A stretch of DNA of 64,000 nt, taken from NCBI GenBank assembly GCA_965218795.1, contig OZ244653.1, positions 576,001 to 640,000 of the forward strand. Direction: 5' to 3'. The notes below the pieces were generated by a model. It worked only from the letters and a program-made list of their open reading frames with translations. It ran no database searches and was not told the origin of the DNA. This DNA is from a bacterium. GTDB taxonomy: Bacteria > UBA8248 > JACPRG01 > G963555815. Shown here piece by piece: positions 60,586-64,000 of this stretch; the first letter of the stretch is position 1, and every line of letters begins with the position of its first letter. A program made the translations under genes and the position numbers.

Positions 60586-60875
60586 TTTTCCCACCGATCG
60601 AAGCGCCACATTCTGTCCAGGACCAGATTGTGTTTGACGTAATAAACGCCGCGGGAGGCCCTTTTGGCAATCCAGTCGTAAGACCGGCCATCGGTTTGGG
60701 CGGCGCCTTCGATCAGGTTGGTGACGGTGCGCTCTTTGACCATTTCAATTGCCTTGAGCCCGTCCATCGATTCTTTGACGCTGATTCCCCACTGGTAGAC
60801 CAGACCCAGAAAGATGGCCACCACGATATACCCAAGGATTTTCAGCTCATGGTTCATATTTTGAGGGGGCTTCAT
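60405..60875 (-). CDS. Hypothetical membrane-anchored protein
   Basis: N-terminal TM (ILGYIVVAIFLGLVYQW); downstream of the GT2 gene; its 3' end overlaps the convergent TPR gene. Confidence 0.55.
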   Translation of the reverse strand: MKPPQNMNHELKILGYIVVAIFLGLVYQWGISVKESMDGLKAIEMVKERTVTNLIEGAAQTDGRSYDWIAKRASRGVYYVKHNLVLDRMWRFDRWENYCWVVKLADSEVKMVGCRTIGWDRGPSALGLLIRMPARSKYTVIPAKARTKRDNSTARS

Positions 60876-60914
60876 CTATCTTCCGTAGGCTTCTGTCGTA
60901 TTGGCTCTTAAAGA

Positions 60915-61628
60915 TTAGAACCGATGGTTTCGCAGAAGAATGGCCCAAAGGGACCAACGGAAATAGCTGCGGGCGACTTGTAGAAGTTTGAAGCTGGACT
61001 GGCCGGCTTTGCGTCCCTGCCAAGTGGTAGGGACTTCAGTGATACGATAGCCTTTGAGAAATGCCTTGACGCATATTTCCAACGAGGAGGCGAACCCCGC
61101 TTCCTCTAGCGGTGTCGTGTGCAGAATTTCCGACCGGTACATTTTGAATGCATTGCTGACATCGTGGGTAGGGATTCCGGTCAACTTCTTAAGGCTTAAG
61201 CAAACATAACGCGAAAGGAAACCCTGGAGAAACGGTCCACCCCGCCGTTTGCCCCCCGGCATATACCTTGATGCACAGACTAAATCGAATCCCTCCTGAA
61301 GCTTCTCATACATGAGGGGGACCGTTTCGGGATCATCACAGAGGTCGGCCATCATTACGACGGTCACAGGTGTCGTGACCTGCTCGAAACCGGACTTCAG
61401 GGCATTGGTGATTCCGCGGGGGCGCGGGCTGTTCACAAGCTGGATATTCGGTCTCCGCTTGGAGAGCTCGGTGACGATTTCCGAAGTGCGATCATCCGAG
61501 CTGTCGTTCACGACGATCACACGATGGGGGATCCGAAGCCTCTCTTCGAGCGATTCCAGTGTATCCTCAATATTCGGCTCTTCATTCAAAGCCGGAATAA
61601 CGATGGTGATTTCCGAATTGTCGCTCAA
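60915..61628 (-). CDS. GT2 polyprenol-phosphate glycosyltransferase (DPM1-like)
   Basis: TIVIPALNE, VNDSSDD, MMADL, SRY, DVSNAFKMY, EVPTTW. Confidence 0.9.
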   Translation of the reverse strand: MSDNSEITIVIPALNEEPNIEDTLESLEERLRIPHRVIVVNDSSDDRTSEIVTELSKRRPNIQLVNSPRPRGITNALKSGFEQVTTPVTVVMMADLCDDPETVPLMYEKLQEGFDLVCASRYMPGGKRRGGPFLQGFLSRYVCLSLKKLTGIPTHDVSNAFKMYRSEILHTTPLEEAGFASSLEICVKAFLKGYRITEVPTTWQGRKAGQSSFKLLQVARSYFRWSLWAILLRNHRF

Positions 61629-61631
61629 CGG

Positions 61632-62261
61632 TCAACCCCGGTTGGTTCGCAAGTTTGGTGCATTGCCTGCCCATGAATCAACGATTGTAGTCCAATGGGG
61701 GATTTGAAGTAGATGAATGAGTCTCACGAACTTATCGAATCTGCCTGGAATCCAGAGGATGAGCCGCCAATTTACCACACGCCGGAGAAGTCTCGCTCTC
61801 CAGGTTTTGAAGAGAACATCCAGAGTCTCACTGCCCATGCGGGCTGAGACCTTTTTCCTCCTCGGGACCACTGCGAAGGCGGTCCCGGCTCCTTTACGCG
61901 CTGCCAGCCGACCATGAAGGCAGGCCCGCTCGGAGGGCGAATCATGTTGCAAATCCAACCCTCCGTCAAAATCCGTCAACCCTCTCTCATTTATGTGGGA
62001 TGGAACGAATATCGGCAAATGTTCTTCAGTAGAAACCGCGCCCAAAACCGAGGACCCTCCGGCTCCGGAAAAACCGACTTTGGAGACCCAAGGCTCGACA
62101 TTTTTCTTGTACCGCCGAGTGGAAAGAATAGTGCCTGAGAACGCATGAGATGACGGACACCTGAGAAGGATATATAATTTTTTAGATGGCGTGCCAAGAC
62201 TCCGTTTTAAAGGTGTACGAGCAGAAGGATTCATTTTTTCTTGGACATCCAAAAACAACAT
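61632..62261 (-). CDS. Hypothetical ORF, no recognisable family
   Basis: 630-nt open frame ending 3 nt before the GT2 start; no motif recognised. Confidence 0.25.
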   Translation of the reverse strand: MLFLDVQEKMNPSARTPLKRSLGTPSKKLYILLRCPSSHAFSGTILSTRRYKKNVEPWVSKVGFSGAGGSSVLGAVSTEEHLPIFVPSHINERGLTDFDGGLDLQHDSPSERACLHGRLAARKGAGTAFAVVPRRKKVSARMGSETLDVLFKTWRARLLRRVVNWRLILWIPGRFDKFVRLIHLLQIPHWTTIVDSWAGNAPNLRTNRG

Positions 62262-62933
62262 CGGTTCAATCTACGGCGGGCCCTTCTCGTATACCCGATA
62301 GCTCTTGTGTCCGCTCTTTTTTTTGCACCTCTGGCACCCGCTCAGTTGCCAGATATCCTCAAGCCCGGGGATTTTCCGTTGGACAAATCCCCCAAGACCC
62401 CCGATAAACCCAAAGATGATTTATTTCAGGGGGTTAACTCGGAGCTTGGAACAGCGCCAAAGATTACTTATGCCAGGGCGGCCGATCTCGTCGCTCCTGG
62501 GGAGATTTGGGAGATTTTTCTGGTTCTGCAGGACGAGGAGGGCGACCTGAAATCCGTGGAGTGGGAGCTCCGTCAATTTGGGCTTGGTGGTACCTCCAAA
62601 GGAACACTCCCCCTGTCTCTGTCGAGGAAAAAACCCAAGGAAGGACAGGAAAAATTCAAGCGTGATGTTATCGAAAAACTGTCTGGTTACATCGAATTAG
62701 ATACCGCGGGTCCGGATGTCCTCAGACACCCGGGTCGTTTTGACGGTCTCCGGATGGAATTGATCGTAGTTGCCGTGGATCGCCGCGGGCTGCAGAGTAA
62801 GAAGCGCGTTTTCTCTCTGACGTTCCGTCTTGGGGCGCCCCGCGCCGCACGCCCTGTCATATCCGGTGGGAAGTTCTCTTATCGTATTGGAAGTATTGTC
62901 GCTGTGTTTCCGGACCCATTAAAGGAGAGGTAA
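62241..62933 (+). CDS. Hypothetical exported protein
   Basis: Signal peptide (..LFFAPLAPA-Q), beta-rich body; AAGGA upstream of TTG. Confidence 0.65.
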   Translation: MDIQKQHRFNLRRALLVYPIALVSALFFAPLAPAQLPDILKPGDFPLDKSPKTPDKPKDDLFQGVNSELGTAPKITYARAADLVAPGEIWEIFLVLQDEEGDLKSVEWELRQFGLGGTSKGTLPLSLSRKKPKEGQEKFKRDVIEKLSGYIELDTAGPDVLRHPGRFDGLRMELIVVAVDRRGLQSKKRVFSLTFRLGAPRAARPVISGGKFSYRIGSIVAVFPDPLKER

Positions 62934-63034
62934 TCGGGCTTCCCTTTATTTTCGTCGAAATCTGTTATTCATTCCCAATGGCTCCCTCTTTGATCTGCTG
63001 GATGTGAAAAATTTGTTGCTGGATAGAGAAATTC

Positions 63035-63062
63035 TTGACACAGGGTATTTTGGGAATAATCT
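63035..63062 (+). promoter_or_regulatory. Putative sigma70 promoter for the GntR gene
   Basis: TTGACA-16 nt-TAATCT. Confidence 0.45.
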
Positions 63063-63115
63063 GCTGTTTGCAAATGACAACCGCATGATTCTGCTTGATT
63101 AAAGGACTACATCCC

Positions 63116-63787
63116 ATGTCGGCAACAAGCCTTCAGCCGCTGCGGAAGAAGCTTCTCTCAGAGAACGTGGTCGGAGCGATCCGATCGGCGATACTGAATG
63201 GGGAATTGGAGTTGGGTCAGCGGCTTGTAGAAACGGATTTGGCAGAACAATTAGGCGTCAGTCGAGGTCCGGTCCGGGAGGCTTTGCGGCTCTTAGCTGC
63301 TGAGGGGTTGGTCGTGATTAACGTCCATCGCGGCACTTTTGTCGTCCAGCCGACGAAAGATGACGTGGAAGAAATCTACAGCTTGCGCGAGGCGCTGGAA
63401 TTCCTGGCCGTCAAGCGGGTCATCGAGATAGCGCGTGACGAGGAAATTGAAGGTCTTTTCAAAACGGCCAAGCAATTTACGGCCGCTTCCAGCCAGAAAA
63501 AGGTGGCTCAACTCGTCGGTACGAACATGGCGCTTCACGGCGAACTGTTCAAATTGGCTCGACATGAGCGCCTTTCTCAGATATGGGCCACGTTGGAATC
63601 TCAGCTTCGTCTCTGCAATCTCATCGAATTCGAGCGTAGGAACGAAGATACGGAACGGGCATTCGATCAGCACATGAAAATTTTAGATGCCATCCGCGAC
63701 CGGGACAGTGAGGCAGCATGCCGGTTCATATCCGAACATATTCAGAAGTCGGCTCAGGTATTGCAGGCAACAGATGTCTCTGGCTGA
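63116..63787 (+). CDS. GntR/FCD family transcriptional regulator
   Basis: GQRLVETDLAEQLGVSRGPVREAL HTH, FCD domain (NMALH, QHMKILDAI, EHI). Confidence 0.94.
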   Translation: MSATSLQPLRKKLLSENVVGAIRSAILNGELELGQRLVETDLAEQLGVSRGPVREALRLLAAEGLVVINVHRGTFVVQPTKDDVEEIYSLREALEFLAVKRVIEIARDEEIEGLFKTAKQFTAASSQKKVAQLVGTNMALHGELFKLARHERLSQIWATLESQLRLCNLIEFERRNEDTERAFDQHMKILDAIRDRDSEAACRFISEHIQKSAQVLQATDVSG

Positions 63788-64000
63788 GACGATAAAGAAC
63801 CTTTTCGGCCGTAAGCCCTTCTTTCTTCAAGAAACTACTTCTTCCCCCCCGGAGAATCATTCGTCTCCATCCTGACCACAACGGGCACTTTCTTTGAATC
63901 GAAAATTCAATTAGAGAAAGCCCAGGGCGGGGATTGAGAGGTCCGTTCTCGATGTCGGAAGGCGAACCAAGCGTAAGCAGTCACGCGTTCGTTTGAGAGT

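Noticed and set aside
61914-62138. 74-aa plus-strand ORF containing a perfect Walker A (GPSGSGKT)
   Set aside because: No preceding hydrophobic beta-strand, no Walker B, and the ORF ends about 20 residues later; probably chance.

Overview
Bacterial chromosome window (moderately GC-rich) whose gene order resembles Deltaproteobacteria/Nitrospinota-type diderms (inference from synteny only). It has two housekeeping blocks on the minus strand: tRNA-Met-tilS-ftsH-pdxJ-nnr-tsaE-lptCAB-rpoN-hpf-hprK-EIIA-HPr-ptsI-metK-ahcY-mrp, and rplU-rpmA-obgE-proB-nadD-rsfS-dksA-lapAB. Accessory regions encode acyl-CoA/ETF/membrane Fe-S oxidoreductase electron transfer, an orphan Mo-hydroxylase large subunit with cupin, amidohydrolase and decarboxylase-like neighbours, an orphan E2, three tandem RidA genes, and two paralogous C-terminally anchored TPR proteins, each near a polyprenol-phosphate glycosyltransferase. 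The strongest signal, absent from the ORF track, is two in-frame UGA codons at catalytic Cys positions, each followed by a SECIS-like hairpin: an otherwise intact OsmC-family gene (38006-38503) and a truncated CoA-disulfide reductase/NADH oxidase relic (3261-3508). Both are candidate selenoproteins. Several genes are broken (acetamidase, rpoN, a transglutaminase-TPR gene, a DUF2079-like gene, a TAXI gene, and possibly the lptB start), which reflects real decay and/or assembly error. I saw no CRISPR array, rRNA, IS element or prophage.
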